NCBI GenBank assembly: GCA_963755715.1
Contig: CAVWLW010000033.1
Location: 32,001 to 96,000 of the forward strand
DNA length: 64,000 nucleotides
Origin: an uncultured delta proteobacterium
Lineage (GTDB): Bacteria > Desulfobacterota > Binatia > UBA9968
Direction of reading: 5' to 3'
Shown here: positions 51,331 through 62,183 of the stretch, one piece after another
Numbering within the stretch: the first letter of the stretch is position 1
How the letters are laid out: each line of letters opens with the position of its first letter
Notes under the pieces: model-generated
Database searches by the model: none
Told to the model about the DNA's origin: nothing
The model's input: the letters and a program-made list of their open reading frames with translations, nothing else
Made by a program: the position numbers and the translations under genes

Positions 51331-51636
51331 TCAGGCGTATTTCTTGACCGACTGCTCGATGGCGCCGCCGGCTCTGGCTTCCGGTATCATGACCGGATGA
51401 ATCTCAACGCTGGCATTGAACGCGAGGAACCACGGCTCGGCGATAGCTGGGATTTGAGATGCATCTGGCATGTCGAGAAAAATGAATCCCGAGCGCTGGC
51501 CGTTGTTGTCGGTAAAATAGAGGGCCTCCGGCTTCAAATCTGCCAGAATGGAATTGATGGTCGCGCCGAGCTTGCCGGTCTTCGCAGCGGCGTTGCCGGA
51601 ATCAACGGGAATGTTGACCTTCAGTAAAAAACGCAT
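51331..51636 (-). CDS. Conserved hypothetical protein (GYD/DUF3303-like)
   Basis: LKPEALYF...G.R...D.SQIPAIAEPWF..FNA.VE..PVM; GGAGG RBS. Confidence 0.7.
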   Translation of the reverse strand: MRFLLKVNIPVDSGNAAAKTGKLGATINSILADLKPEALYFTDNNGQRSGFIFLDMPDASQIPAIAEPWFLAFNASVEIHPVMIPEARAGGAIEQSVKKYA

Positions 51637-51711
51637 GCTTCACCTCCAGCGGTTGGGGTAGGTTGATCGGGTCGGACGACGGTCTTGCTAGTTGGCTCAG
51701 CGCGATTGGAT

Positions 51712-51960
51712 TCAATCTAGATTGAGCTGCTTTTTAACATCAGACGCTTTGAGGGTTTTGGTTTGTTTGCCACGGACGTCGAGGAATTTCATTAAAGCCT
51801 TGTTCTGGCGCTTCAGTTCAATCTCGCGATTGAAGTCGTCAATCTCGGCTAAAATGAATTCTTGCCCTTCTGGTGAACGGAGAATAAGTCCTCCTCTTTG
51901 GGCTTTCTTAAGTAACGAGGTGACGGTTTTCGCCTGTGTGGGGATGTTTACTGTCTTCAT
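51712..51960 (-). CDS. Hypothetical protein, Phd-like antitoxin candidate
   Basis: LLKKAQRGGLILRSPEGQEFILAEIDDFNREIEL; GGAG RBS; start MKTVNI. Confidence 0.55.
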   Translation of the reverse strand: MKTVNIPTQAKTVTSLLKKAQRGGLILRSPEGQEFILAEIDDFNREIELKRQNKALMKFLDVRGKQTKTLKASDVKKQLNLD

Positions 51961-51962
51961 AA

Positions 51963-53297
51963 CTACTCCAACTTTTTCTGAATATCTTTCGCGATGCGTT
52001 GGACTTCGTCCATGACCCGCAGGAGGTTGCCGCCCCAGAGTTTTTCGATCTGCTGTTCCGTGTAGCCGCGGCGGACGAGCTCTAAAGTCACGTTGAAGGT
52101 TTCGCTGGCGTCGTTCCAACCGACGACTCCGCCGCCGCCATCGAAGTCGGACGAGATGCCGACGTGGTCGATGCCGATTAACTTTACCGCATAGTCGATA
52201 TGGTCGACGAAGTCTTTCAGCGTGACGGGCGGGTCGCCGGGATATTCTTTGTCGATTTCGGCGAGTTTCCTATCGTATTCGGCGCGGCGATCGGCTGGCA
52301 GTTGGGTGAGCGCTGCTTGGAATCGCGCGCGTTGACCCGGGCCCGCGGCTTCCGGCAGATTGTATTCTTTTCTCACTGTTGCGAGCGCTGCAGTACGTTC
52401 AGGTGAATCGGGTTTTGTCGTCTTGACGAAGCCGCTATAAGCAACGACTTGGATCACACCGCCGCTCTTCTTGAGCGCTAAAAGTTGCTCGTCGTCCATG
52501 TTGCGGCTGACATCGCAGAGCGCTCGGGCGGCGGAGTGGGATGCGATGATCGGCGCCTTCGACAGTGCGGCGGCTTGCATCATCGATTCTTTTGACGCGT
52601 GCGCGACGTCGATCATGATGCCGAGGCGATTCAACTCGGCGACGACTTGTTTGCCGAGCGGCGACAAACCATTCCACTTCCAGCCGTCGCGCTCGCCGGT
52701 GTGCGAGTCGGCGAGCTGATTGTGGCCGTTATGCGTGAGCGACAAATAGCGCGCGCCGCGATCGTAAAATTCCTTGACGCGGGTGATTTCCTCGCCGAGC
52801 GGATAGCCGTTCTCGACGCCGATGAGAGCGACTTTTTTACCCTTCGCGTGGATTCGGCGAACGTCGGCGGCGGTGAGCGCGAGCTCGATCTTGTCCGGAG
52901 CGATCTCGCGGGTAAAGCGCTGGACCGCGTCGAATTTCTCAACCGCGAGTTTGTAAGCTCGCTCGTACCCGGCTGATGTGAACGCATCCGGATTCTGCGC
53001 TTCTCGCGTCTGGCCGACGTAGATGCTGAAGAACAACGCGTCGAGGCCGCCGTCGATCATATTTGGCAGATTGAACTGGGTTTCGAGACGCTGCGTGTAA
53101 TTGCGCTCGCCGGTCAGATTGGCCGGTTCGAAATCAATGTGAGTGTCGAGGTTGATCACTTTCTCGTGAATAGCGCGGGCTCGTTTGATCAGTGCGTCTT
53201 CGGCGGGCGAAGTTTGCGCGAACGGAGTTGAGTTAGGCACGACGATGGGCATGATGATCATCCAGGTAAGTAAAGCAAGTAGCGCATGACGAGACAT
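51963..53297 (-). CDS. Exported membrane-dipeptidase (M19) family protein
   Basis: LDTHID, IGVENGY, LTHNGHN, IDVAH, IASHS, HVGISSDFDGGG. Confidence 0.92.
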   Translation of the reverse strand: MSRHALLALLTWMIIMPIVVPNSTPFAQTSPAEDALIKRARAIHEKVINLDTHIDFEPANLTGERNYTQRLETQFNLPNMIDGGLDALFFSIYVGQTREAQNPDAFTSAGYERAYKLAVEKFDAVQRFTREIAPDKIELALTAADVRRIHAKGKKVALIGVENGYPLGEEITRVKEFYDRGARYLSLTHNGHNQLADSHTGERDGWKWNGLSPLGKQVVAELNRLGIMIDVAHASKESMMQAAALSKAPIIASHSAARALCDVSRNMDDEQLLALKKSGGVIQVVAYSGFVKTTKPDSPERTAALATVRKEYNLPEAAGPGQRARFQAALTQLPADRRAEYDRKLAEIDKEYPGDPPVTLKDFVDHIDYAVKLIGIDHVGISSDFDGGGGVVGWNDASETFNVTLELVRRGYTEQQIEKLWGGNLLRVMDEVQRIAKDIQKKLE

Positions 53298-53354
53298 TTC
53301 GAATCCTTTAGCGACTCAAGAAGCGATTTACAAACTCCCCGCATTCTCTTCCCA

Positions 53355-53627
53355 TCACGCAACGTCGAGCAATACACGTGGATTCTTGTCAGCGACGATA
53401 AGCAATGTTCTCGCGGCGCCAGACGGTGCTCGACGGCCTTGCTCCCAGTCCTGCAGCGTACGAACCGATACACCGAGCAACTGGGCGAATCGCGCTTGAG
53501 AAAGTCCCGTTTTTTCGCGAATGCCTGCAACATTGGGAATGGTTATAACACGGCCGTACTCGCCACGCTTGATTTCTCGGAGTCCTTCGAGGATTTCAAG
53601 ACCGATGTTTCGTTTGGATTTAGCCAT
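53355..53627 (-). CDS. HigA-like HTH antitoxin
   Basis: IREKTGLSQARFAQLLGVSVRTLQDWEQGRRAPSG; start overlaps the toxin stop. Confidence 0.88.
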   Translation of the reverse strand: MAKSKRNIGLEILEGLREIKRGEYGRVITIPNVAGIREKTGLSQARFAQLLGVSVRTLQDWEQGRRAPSGAARTLLIVADKNPRVLLDVA

Positions 53628-53934
53628 CTTCAATCTCCTTTCGAATCTGCCGAAGAACATGGGCCGGGATATTTTCAGTTACATTTTTGGGATACATCGT
53701 CAGCATCCAAATCATTCCTTGAGTGATTTTGGCGTAGTAGATTACGCGATAACCGCCTCGCTTTCCGCGTCCCGGTGCACGCCAGCGAACCTTGCGGATG
53801 CCACCCGAACCCGGAATGATGTCACCTGCCTCGGGATTTTCTAGCAGCGCGATCTGCAGGCGGCGATATTCGTCGTCACCCAAGTAGTCTTGAACGAGGC
53901 GAGTGAAGAGCCGCGTCTCGATAAAACTATACAC
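53620..53934 (-). CDS. HigB2/RelE-family toxin
   Basis: FIETRLF, NPEAGDIIPGSGGIRKVRW..GRGKRGGYRVIYY; probable GTG start at 53934. Confidence 0.9.
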   Translation of the reverse strand: MYSFIETRLFTRLVQDYLGDDEYRRLQIALLENPEAGDIIPGSGGIRKVRWRAPGRGKRGGYRVIYYAKITQGMIWMLTMYPKNVTENIPAHVLRQIRKEIEDG

Positions 53935-53940
53935 TGAATC

Positions 53941-53968
53941 AGTATACGGCAATGCCGTATCTAGTCAA
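53941..53968 (-). promoter_or_regulatory. Sigma70 promoter with overlapping palindromic operator for the TA operon
   Basis: TTGACT-N16-TATACT on minus strand; ATACGGCA-A-TGCCGTAT palindrome at 53944-53960. Confidence 0.75.
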
Positions 53969-54109
53969 GGGAGACGTTGAGAAGGTGACGATGAGCGGGT
54001 AGTGATGGGTATTTGGCGACTTCGATCGGTCCGTTTCCGGTATGCATCGCTCATGCGTTAGTTGGTCAGAGCTAAAGAATGATCTTGGACGGAACAAGCT
54101 CGCGTGCGA

Positions 54110-55815
54110 TTAATGACGTCGCTCGGTCGCTGTTGTGTAGCGCTCCAAGACGTGTTGGATCATGCTGCGGGCGAGCTCGTGCTCGCCGAAAAAAACCCTG
54201 CCAGCGTTTTCCTTTTCCAGCAACGCGGCCTCTTCTTCGCTGTGCGTGCGCACGATGATCTCGACTCGGGGGTTCACCGTGCGCGCGGTTTCGATCATGC
54301 GCCGAACATTGAGCATGTCTGGTATGGCGATTACGAGCAGACGCGCGCGATGGATATGCGCTTGGATCAGAACGGCGGGATCGGAGGCGTCGCCGGAAAC
54401 AGCCGGAATGTCGCTTGCGCGCAGCTTCTCGACGATCTCGCGATTCTCCTCGGCAACGACGAAAGGGATGCCTTGCGCAATTAAAGCTTCGCCGATCCGC
54501 CTGCCGACGCGGCCATAGCCGACCAAAACAACTTGTCCGGCGAGGCGATTGAGGTCTACGGTCATCGGCAGCGCTGCGAGGGGATCATCGGGACGTTCCA
54601 GGGCTTGAGCGAGTTTCGAGCGCGCGCGAATCCACGTCTGCGCCGGCTCGATGGCTTGAAACACCAACGGATTGAGCGCGATCGAGATAATCGCGCCGGC
54701 GAGAATAAGATTCTGACCTGCCGTGGGCAAAACGCCGAGGGACACACCCAGCCCGGCCAGGATGAAGGAGAATTCGCCGATCTGGGCCAGGCTCGCCGAC
54801 ACGGTGAGCGCAGTATTGAGAGGATAACGAAATAGCAGGACGAGAAAAAAGCGGCCAAGGATTTGCCGACGACGATGATCGCGATGACCACAAGCACGTG
54901 GAGCGGCTCGCGAATCAACACCTGTGGTTCGAAGATCATGCCCACCGAAACGAAAAACAGCACTGAAAAAGCGTCTCGTAGAGGCAATGATTCCTCGGCA
55001 GCCCGATAGCTCAACGGCGACTCGCGCATGACCATGCCGGCAAAAAAAGCGCCGAGGGCGAAGGACACGCCGAACAACGCGGCCGAGCCGTAGGCGATTC
55101 CGACAGCGGCAGCGACGACGCAGAGGGTAAACAGCTCGCGCGAACCCGTGCCGGCAACCTGCCAGAGCAGCCACGGGAAAACGCGCCGGCCGACAACCAG
55201 CATGAGCGCGATAAAGACCGCGACCTGGCTGAGCGTGAGCGCGAGGGTTGTCAGCAGACTCCGATCGCCGACAACCCGCGCGCTATCCCCGAGCCATGCC
55301 GCAAGCGGCGGCAGGAGCACGAGCACCAGGACCATGACCAAGTCCTCGACCACAAGCCAGCCGACGGCGATGTGGCCGTTGACAGTTTCTAACATCCCGC
55401 GGCTTTCCAGTGCCCTGAGAAGCACAACTGTGCTCGCGACTGAAAGACCCAGGCCGAAGACGATGCTGCCGGCGAGGCTCCAGCCCCACATCGCGGCGAC
55501 GGCCGTACCGAGTAAGGTTGCAACGGCGATTTGCACAATGGCGCCAGGCAGAGCGATGCGGCGTACGGCGAGGAGTTCGTCGAGGGAAAAGTGCAGACCG
55601 ACGCCGAACATCAAGAGCATCACGCCGATCTCAGCGAGCTGGTGCGAGAGATCGACATCGGCGACGAAGCCCGGCGTGGCGGGACCAATGATGATGCCCG
55701 CTATCAAATAGCCCACCAAAGGGGGCAATTTGAGACGAGCGGCGACGAAGCCCAGGATCAAGGCGAGCCCTAAAGCCGCGGCAATCGTGGTGATCAGGGT
55801 TACACTATGCGGCAC
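54110..55815 (-). CDS. ybaL: YbaL/RosB-like CPA2 cation:proton antiporter with TrkA-N domain (frameshift near 54845)
   Basis: LPPLVGYL, LAEIGVMLLMFGVGLHFS, LAQIGEFSFIL, VVLVGYGRVG. Confidence 0.88.
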
Positions 55816-56087
55816 GCGTCATTTTGCCATTTTGAAACCTTAAATAAAGGACTGCGCTTTCAAATTCCGGCATTGCCTGTGAGCCCCCAGTGGACGCGAA
55901 TCTTCCCTGATACGCGATCGGCGCGAATTTGGCGCGAAAATCTCGCGTCGAAAAGGCGGGCACGAAGCAAGGATGACGTATTTGTCCGGCGCGCTATCTT
56001 GCCAGTCACCTTTGAGTTAATCTGCCCGCATTTGCGCAGCGGATGAAAATGGTTTTTCGCCGATAAGCTTCTGGGAGATTCGCTTCT

Positions 56088-57314
56088 GTGGAACGAAAAT
56101 GGTGGCTCGTCATTGCCGGCTGTATTACCCACGCCGTGAACACCGGTTTCAGCTACTTCGGCATGAGCGCGTTTTTTCCGTCCTTCGAGCGCGAATTCGG
56201 CTGGAGCCGAACGGCGATCTCAGGGGCGTTTTCCCTGGCGCGTGTCGAGTCGGGATTGTTGGGGCCCATCGAAGGTTATCTGACCGACCGGGTCGGTGCG
56301 CATCGCATGCTCTTCATCGGTCTGATCCTTTGCAGCCTCGGATTCATCACGCTCAGTTTAGTGGATTCACTGCCGATGCTCTATGGCGTGATCATTCTCG
56401 GTATCGTGCTCGGCTCCAGCTTGGGCTATAACATGCCCATCAGCGTTTTGATCGCAAAGCTGTTTCGCGAACGACGAAGCTTGGCCTTCGGCGTTTTTCG
56501 CATGGGGCCGGGCATCTCGGGGCCGCTAGTGCCGTTGGTCGGTTGGATGATCGGCCTTTGGGGATGGCGCGCCGCGGCGGTGATTTCGGGCATCATCATT
56601 TTCTCGATCGGACTGCCGATTGCCTGTTTCATTTACAAAATCTATTTGCAGGAAGAAGCGGCAATCTCGAGCTTCGAAGCCGGGAACACGCAAGCTCCGA
56701 CAACGCGTCGTTTGTCGAACGATCCACAGTTCACGTTGCGCGAGGCGATGCGACTGAAAGCGTTCTGGTTTTTGTCCACGGCGATGGCGCTGCGCCACAT
56801 GGTCACGGAAGGCGTGTCAGTTCACTTTGTGATCCTGCTCGTCGATCGCGGCTGGACGACGGCGGCGGCGAGCAGCTTGCTCGGACTCTCGGCGCTGATC
56901 GGCGCGCCGGCGCGCCTCGGCATGGGCTGGCTGGGAGATCTGCTCGACAAGAGGAAAATGATGATGGGTTTGCTCTTGACTCTGAGTTTTTCCGTCTTGC
57001 TGATGGGCTATACCGCAGAGGCGCTGATTTTCACGCCGTGCATGATTGTCTACTCGCTTTCCTACGGCGGTCTTGCGTCATTGCAGGAACCGATCCGCGC
57101 GGATTATTTCGGCACCAAGGCTTTCGCGACGATCCAAGGCATGAGCCGATCTATTACGACCGCCGGCACTTTTATGGGGCCGATCATCGCCGGCTTTCTC
57201 TATGACCTCACCCACAGCTACACGATTGCTTTCGGGATATTTGCGGCGGTTAGCCTCGGCGCGGTCGCGCTGTTGTTTTTGGCTAAACAACCGCAAGCGC
57301 CAACTTTATCGTAG
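56088..57314 (+). CDS. MFS transporter (OFA/MCT-like)
   Basis: About 12 TM; EFGWSRTAISGAFS, GYLTDRVGAH, ADYFGTKAF. Confidence 0.9.
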   Translation: MERKWWLVIAGCITHAVNTGFSYFGMSAFFPSFEREFGWSRTAISGAFSLARVESGLLGPIEGYLTDRVGAHRMLFIGLILCSLGFITLSLVDSLPMLYGVIILGIVLGSSLGYNMPISVLIAKLFRERRSLAFGVFRMGPGISGPLVPLVGWMIGLWGWRAAAVISGIIIFSIGLPIACFIYKIYLQEEAAISSFEAGNTQAPTTRRLSNDPQFTLREAMRLKAFWFLSTAMALRHMVTEGVSVHFVILLVDRGWTTAAASSLLGLSALIGAPARLGMGWLGDLLDKRKMMMGLLLTLSFSVLLMGYTAEALIFTPCMIVYSLSYGGLASLQEPIRADYFGTKAFATIQGMSRSITTAGTFMGPIIAGFLYDLTHSYTIAFGIFAAVSLGAVALLFLAKQPQAPTLS

Positions 57315-57432
57315 TGGGTTCCGATATCGGCCCGGCGACGCCAGCGCTGCCCTCACGCAAGATTTTTAGATTCTCCCTATGGCGGACAGGTTGGATCCAG
57401 TGTTCAAACCCAAGGACACGTGGCGTGCTCCG

Positions 57433-57810
57433 ATGGCGCATATTGTGGTAGATACGGCTCAACTTCAAGGAATGAGATCGTGGAGACTGAGCTCAGCAGA
57501 GACGCTTGCTATGGCGCGGCGATCAGTCGCGAAGAGATCTCACGATCTGCTGGACAAATCGCGCGTGGAACCCGACGAGGAGGCGTTGGAGTCGCTGCTG
57601 GCGAATCTCGTGATCTGTCTGCAGAGTTTATTGGAAATCAATTCTTCAATTGTGACCGCCAACGGCCAATCCGCCAGTCTCGCCGGCGGTCTTAAATCAG
57701 TCAGTGGATTGGCCAACGAAATCTGTGGCGACTGCGTGCCGCACAGTTATGCGCCTGCTCTTAAAGAATCGATGGATCAGATCCAAGAGTTGGCGCGCAA
57801 GATCGCATAA
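57433..57810 (+). CDS. Hypothetical helical protein
   Basis: Protein-like amphipathic ORF, no recognised motif; start uncertain. Confidence 0.5.
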   Translation: MAHIVVDTAQLQGMRSWRLSSAETLAMARRSVAKRSHDLLDKSRVEPDEEALESLLANLVICLQSLLEINSSIVTANGQSASLAGGLKSVSGLANEICGDCVPHSYAPALKESMDQIQELARKIA

Positions 57811-57864
57811 GCGCTCAACTCGGCGTGAAGTGGCACTTTGCGCCAGCTATAAGTCCGCTCGGAT

Positions 57865-58077
57865 ATCAAGGCAAAATCGACAACACGACGATCAGACGAC
57901 CATCAAGAAAGCTGGCGGCGGAAAAGGGTTCTACGCTAGGTTCAGGTCGACACCAATCGCGGCGTGGTTCAATTATCCGGTGTCGTAGACTCGGCTGCGG
58001 AACGGAGTCTCGCTGAGCGAGTCACGCGTGGTGTCAGCGGCGTCAAGGGCGTAACCAACAATCTGCAGGTGAAGTGA
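57865..58077 (+). pseudogene. BON-domain (OsmY-like) gene relic
   Basis: IDNTTI..KLAAEKG..VQVDTNRGVVQLSGVVDSAAERSLAERVTRGVSGVKGVTNNLQVK*; N-terminus broken. Confidence 0.7.
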
Positions 58078-58087
58078 TCGCCAGCAG

Positions 58088-59096
58088 CTAGAAGTTGCAG
58101 CGCATTTCTTTCTCGAGCTCCGGCACCAGAGTGGGTTCGGCGACATCTTGAGGTTTGATCCCGCGCGCAGACGGAGTCGACGCTGCCGTCATTTGAACGG
58201 CGAGGTCGATGCCTTCGCTCTTTAAATGGGGCCGGGTCGGAATCACATCGGTCATATAAAGCCGATAGAGATATTCGACGGCCGCACCGTCTAGGTCCCG
58301 TCCGCTCTTGGCGACAAACTGCAGAGCTTTTGCCGTATCTTTTCTCGCGACCGCGATGCCTTCGCAGATCGCGCTCATGAATCGCTTCGCATCCTCGCGG
58401 CGTTCCTTCAAAAATGTCGCCGAGATCGCATAGTCGGCGCCGCCGCCGGCATAAATTTTTAGCTGCTTGTGGTCGGTCAGTCTGGTCAGACGGTTTAGTT
58501 TCCCGGTCTTCTCCAACTCATACATCGCTTCCGCGGTTACCATCATGCCGGCAACGTTGCCATCGAGGAGACTCTTGACTCGATCCGTGTTACGGCCTTC
58601 GTCGAAATGAACTAACGTTACATCCTTCTCCGGGTCGATGCCGAGTTTCCTGAGCGCCAGGCGGGTCAATTGATCCGGCGTGCTGCCCGGTTCACCGCTG
58701 CCGACTTTTTTCCCTTTCAGATCTGCCGCGCTCTTGATCGATCGCGTCAGCCAAAAACGCGGAGTAGTTGTAGCCGGTGTTGCCGACCAAAAGCATCGGC
58801 GCTCCGCCGGACGCGTTGTTGTAAACAATGTGGTTGGCGCTGACAACGGCGATATCGGCATCGCCCTTTTTCAAACCGGCGAGTAGTTTGTCATTGGAGC
58901 CGGGATTGGTCCAGGTGATTTTCAAGCCATTGCGTTCGAAGATCCCGGTATCGCGCGCCAAGTACATCGGCAGCTTGCTGATGTTCCAGGGCGGGTAGTA
59001 GAGGACACGGACGGGCTCACTTTGAGCCGTAGCAATCGAAGGAAAGAATGAGGCTAATATAACGGCGACGCGGGTCAGCATGGCTCGAGTGTTCAT
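58088..59096 (-). CDS. NMT1/THI5-like substrate-binding protein (frameshift near 58750)
   Basis: Signal; LPMYLARDTGIFERNGL, IKSAADLKGKKVG, LGIDPEKDV. Confidence 0.82.
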
Positions 59097-59107
59097 GGCA
59101 TCCCGTC

Positions 59108-60812
59108 CTATTTTTTAAACGATACAATGAAATAGGCCGGCGCCGACTTCGAGGCGGAATCGCCTTGGCCGACCACGATGAGGGGGTAGGTTCCCGCTTG
59201 TTTGGTCAGCGCGGGCGGAACTGTGGCTTCAATCTCGCCGGGGCTGATGAATCGGGTTTCCAATTCCTTGCCGGCCAAGGTTGCTTTGTGGAAACGGTCG
59301 AAGCCGCGGCGCGTGGTGATCTTCACTGTCGCAGCGCCCGAACCCTGAACGACTGAACGCGGCGAGAGCTCTATCTCTTGCGGCGTCGCGCGCCACGGCG
59401 CGGATCGCAGGGATCGGATTCTTATGATTGGCGTGGAATTCGTGATCGACGATCTTACCGCCGAGCACGACTAGTTTGACGTTTTGTGTCGTCCAGACGT
59501 CTTTCAACGGATCGCCGTCCACGGCGATCAAGTCGGCAACTTTGCCGGGCTCGACGGTGCCGAAGTCTGTGTCTTTGCGAAATGCCTTGGCGACGTTGAC
59601 GGTCGCCGCCTGAATTGCCTGCATCGGCGTCAGCCCGGCTTCGACGAACATCACCATCTCTTGATGGACGCCGAGTCCTGGCAGGCCATTATTGGGATCC
59701 GATCCGGCGCGGATGAGACCGCCCGCCTGAACATAACGGCGGATAAGATCCTCTAGTTTTTTGTAGCCTTCGCGCGCGTTGTTGAGGCGTTCGGGCGGAA
59801 ACTTGGCGTACCGTTCATATTGTCCGAGCGCTTGTTCGCGCAACACGCCCGGCAAGTAGCTCGCCTCTTTGCGATCGAGGATTGAGAGTTCCCGTTCTTT
59901 GAAGCGCGCGACGCTCGGCGAAAGTGGCCGGTACCAGGTCGCGATGGTCGGGCTCCAAGAAACGTGTTTCTCGGTCACGGCTTTGACGATCCCGTCGAAA
60001 TTTTCCGGCTCATAATAATAGGATAAATCGGCGGTATTAATTTTTCCGGTCATGCGCCGTTCGTGAATCTCCCAGCGCTTTTTCACGTCGCCGATGGACG
60101 TCATGCCCAATCCCCAGTGATGCTCGACGCCGGCAAATCCCGCTTCCGCCGCCAGAAACGCGTCGAGACAATGGCAGGTGACCGGTAATCCGAGTCGGTT
60201 CGCTTCGGCGGCGCCGGCTTTGATCGCTTCTGGCGCCACGTACTCGTTGAACTTGATGATCTCGATGCCTTCCGCTTTCTTTTTCCGCACGGCGGCGACC
60301 GCCTCTTCCGGCGTTTTGATCAAATAGCCGCGCTCGCCGCGCAGGGCCCAAGCCGGCGGCGGGCCGACCAAGCGCGCGCCGGTCGACCAAATGCGCGGGC
60401 CCCGGATTTTACCGAGACTGGTTCCATCTCGCTGGGCCAGAGTCCATTCGTCGTCGTTCTGGGTTATATCGGGGCAGGTCGTGATACCGAGGTGGAGGTA
60501 AATCTCGCCCATGAAATCGAGCAGGTGGCAGTGACCGTCGATCAGACCCGGGAGAATCGTTTTGCCTTTCACGTCGATGACACGGGCATTTGGGGGCGCG
60601 GCTACTTCACCGCGTTTGCCGACGGCTTTGATGCGCTCGCCTTCGATGACGATGACCGCGTCTTCCATCGGCGCCCGGCCGGTGGCGTCGATGAGGGTGC
60701 CGCCCTGGATGACTAGCGGCGTCGCTTTCTGCGCGTGACTGGCAATTGGCAAGGCGAACGCCATGAAGCAGAGGACACAAGCTATAAGAAACTTCCTGTT
60801 GTTAATTTTCAT
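59108..60812 (-). CDS. Exported amidohydrolase with C-terminal IPT/TIG-like domain (frameshift near 59400)
   Basis: LPGLIDGHCH, IIK, TCH, VEH, AGSD, GTVEPGKVADL; C-terminal LETRFISPGEIEATVP. Confidence 0.85.
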
Positions 60813-60841
60813 TCTTGTTTTCCATTATTGATGATGGGGAG

Positions 60842-61834
60842 TCACTTGTTGATCGAGTCGATAAAGCCGCTTTTCTCCAATTGTTCGACCAACGACGTGT
60901 CGACGAACTGCTCCGGTTTGGGCAGCGGCTTTTTGCCGGGGAACTGATTCTCGATCATGAATTGAATCGCTTTCAAAGAGGGGCGCGGACTTCTTTGCAA
61001 CGTCGGCGCGTAATCCTGCCAGGTTCCCTCCAAAATCTCCTCGTCATTGAGCTTGCCGTATTTGCCGAGAACTTTCTTGCTGAACTCTTTGTCGGTGCGA
61101 TAACGGTGAATGCCGCGGGTGAACGCGCGTAGGAAGCGTAACGCGGTGTCGCGCTGTTGAGCGATGAAGGTTCGCGTCGTGATCACCGTGCCGTTGATGT
61201 CTTCGATGCCGAGATCACCAAAATTCACCAGCTCCCGCATGCCCAACTTTACCGCTTTCGGGTAAAGCGGGTAGCTCAAGGCGGCCACTTGCACGATACC
61301 GCTCTGCAAAGCGGCGAACGCTTCGGGCTGGGCACCGAAGGTCAGAATGGCGACGTCTTTGGTCGGCTCCAAGTTGAATTTTTTTAACGCGATGCGGAGC
61401 ACTTGATCGGAAGTCGACCCGAAGGTAGTGATCCCCGCCTTTTTCCCTTTCAAGTCGGCCGGCTGCACGATCTCGGGCCGTGCCATCAAACGAAACGGTG
61501 AAACCGTACCGGTGGCGCCGATAATCACAACATCGGCGCCAGCGGCAGTGGCGGTCAATGCCGCCACTGCGCCCGCCTGAATAATCGGCGCGCTGCCGCC
61601 AAGCATGGCGGCGACCATCCGGGTGCTTCCACCGACGCGGATCAATTCCACATCCAATCCTTCGTCGAGAAAGTAGCCGGCTTCCTTGGCAATCCATGCC
61701 GTGGCCCAGGAGCCGGCGAAACTGGGATAGAGAAGCCGCATAGAAGTCTTCGCCGAGGCGGCGAAAGCGGCTGCCGGAAATAGGAGAAAGAGAGCTAAAA
61801 ATAGCAGCGCCGTTCGTAAGCTGTTTCGCGCCAT
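60842..61834 (-). CDS. NMT1/THI5-like substrate-binding protein
   Basis: WIAKEAGYFLDEGLDVEL, DLKGKKAGITTFGSTSD, FVDTSLVEQLEKSGFI; GGAGG RBS. Confidence 0.88.
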   Translation of the reverse strand: MARNSLRTALLFLALFLLFPAAAFAASAKTSMRLLYPSFAGSWATAWIAKEAGYFLDEGLDVELIRVGGSTRMVAAMLGGSAPIIQAGAVAALTATAAGADVVIIGATGTVSPFRLMARPEIVQPADLKGKKAGITTFGSTSDQVLRIALKKFNLEPTKDVAILTFGAQPEAFAALQSGIVQVAALSYPLYPKAVKLGMRELVNFGDLGIEDINGTVITTRTFIAQQRDTALRFLRAFTRGIHRYRTDKEFSKKVLGKYGKLNDEEILEGTWQDYAPTLQRSPRPSLKAIQFMIENQFPGKKPLPKPEQFVDTSLVEQLEKSGFIDSINK

Positions 61835-61864
61835 GCGCACCTCCAAGTCGTTCGAGAAAAATTG

Positions 61865-61970
61865 TCATCCAGCGCTTGCCACGACTTCGCGGAACACGCG
61901 CATGAAGTTGCCGCCGACGATTTTCACAACGTCGGTTTCCGGATATCCGCGGCTCAGCAATCGGTCGCTT
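61865..61970 (-). pseudogene. C-terminal relic of a membrane-dipeptidase gene
   Basis: DRLLSRGYPETDVVKIVGGNFMRVFREV matches the M19 C-terminus (cf. ELVRRGY..IEKLWGGNLLRV in 51963-53297). Confidence 0.6.
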
Positions 61971-62183
61971 CTATGATCCCCGCGCAACGAGGCGCCAGTA
62001 TCTTCGATCGTGATCATGTGCACGTTAATTTGCAGTTGGTTTCCGTGCTCGAGCGTTGTAAAGATTTGAAACTTAACCTTCGCGCGCAGAGAATACATCA
62101 AACCTGGTCCGTAAGAAAAGCGAATAGAAAGCAGTTAAGCATGGCTCGGACAGACCGATGAGGCAGCATCTTTTAGGTCACAA

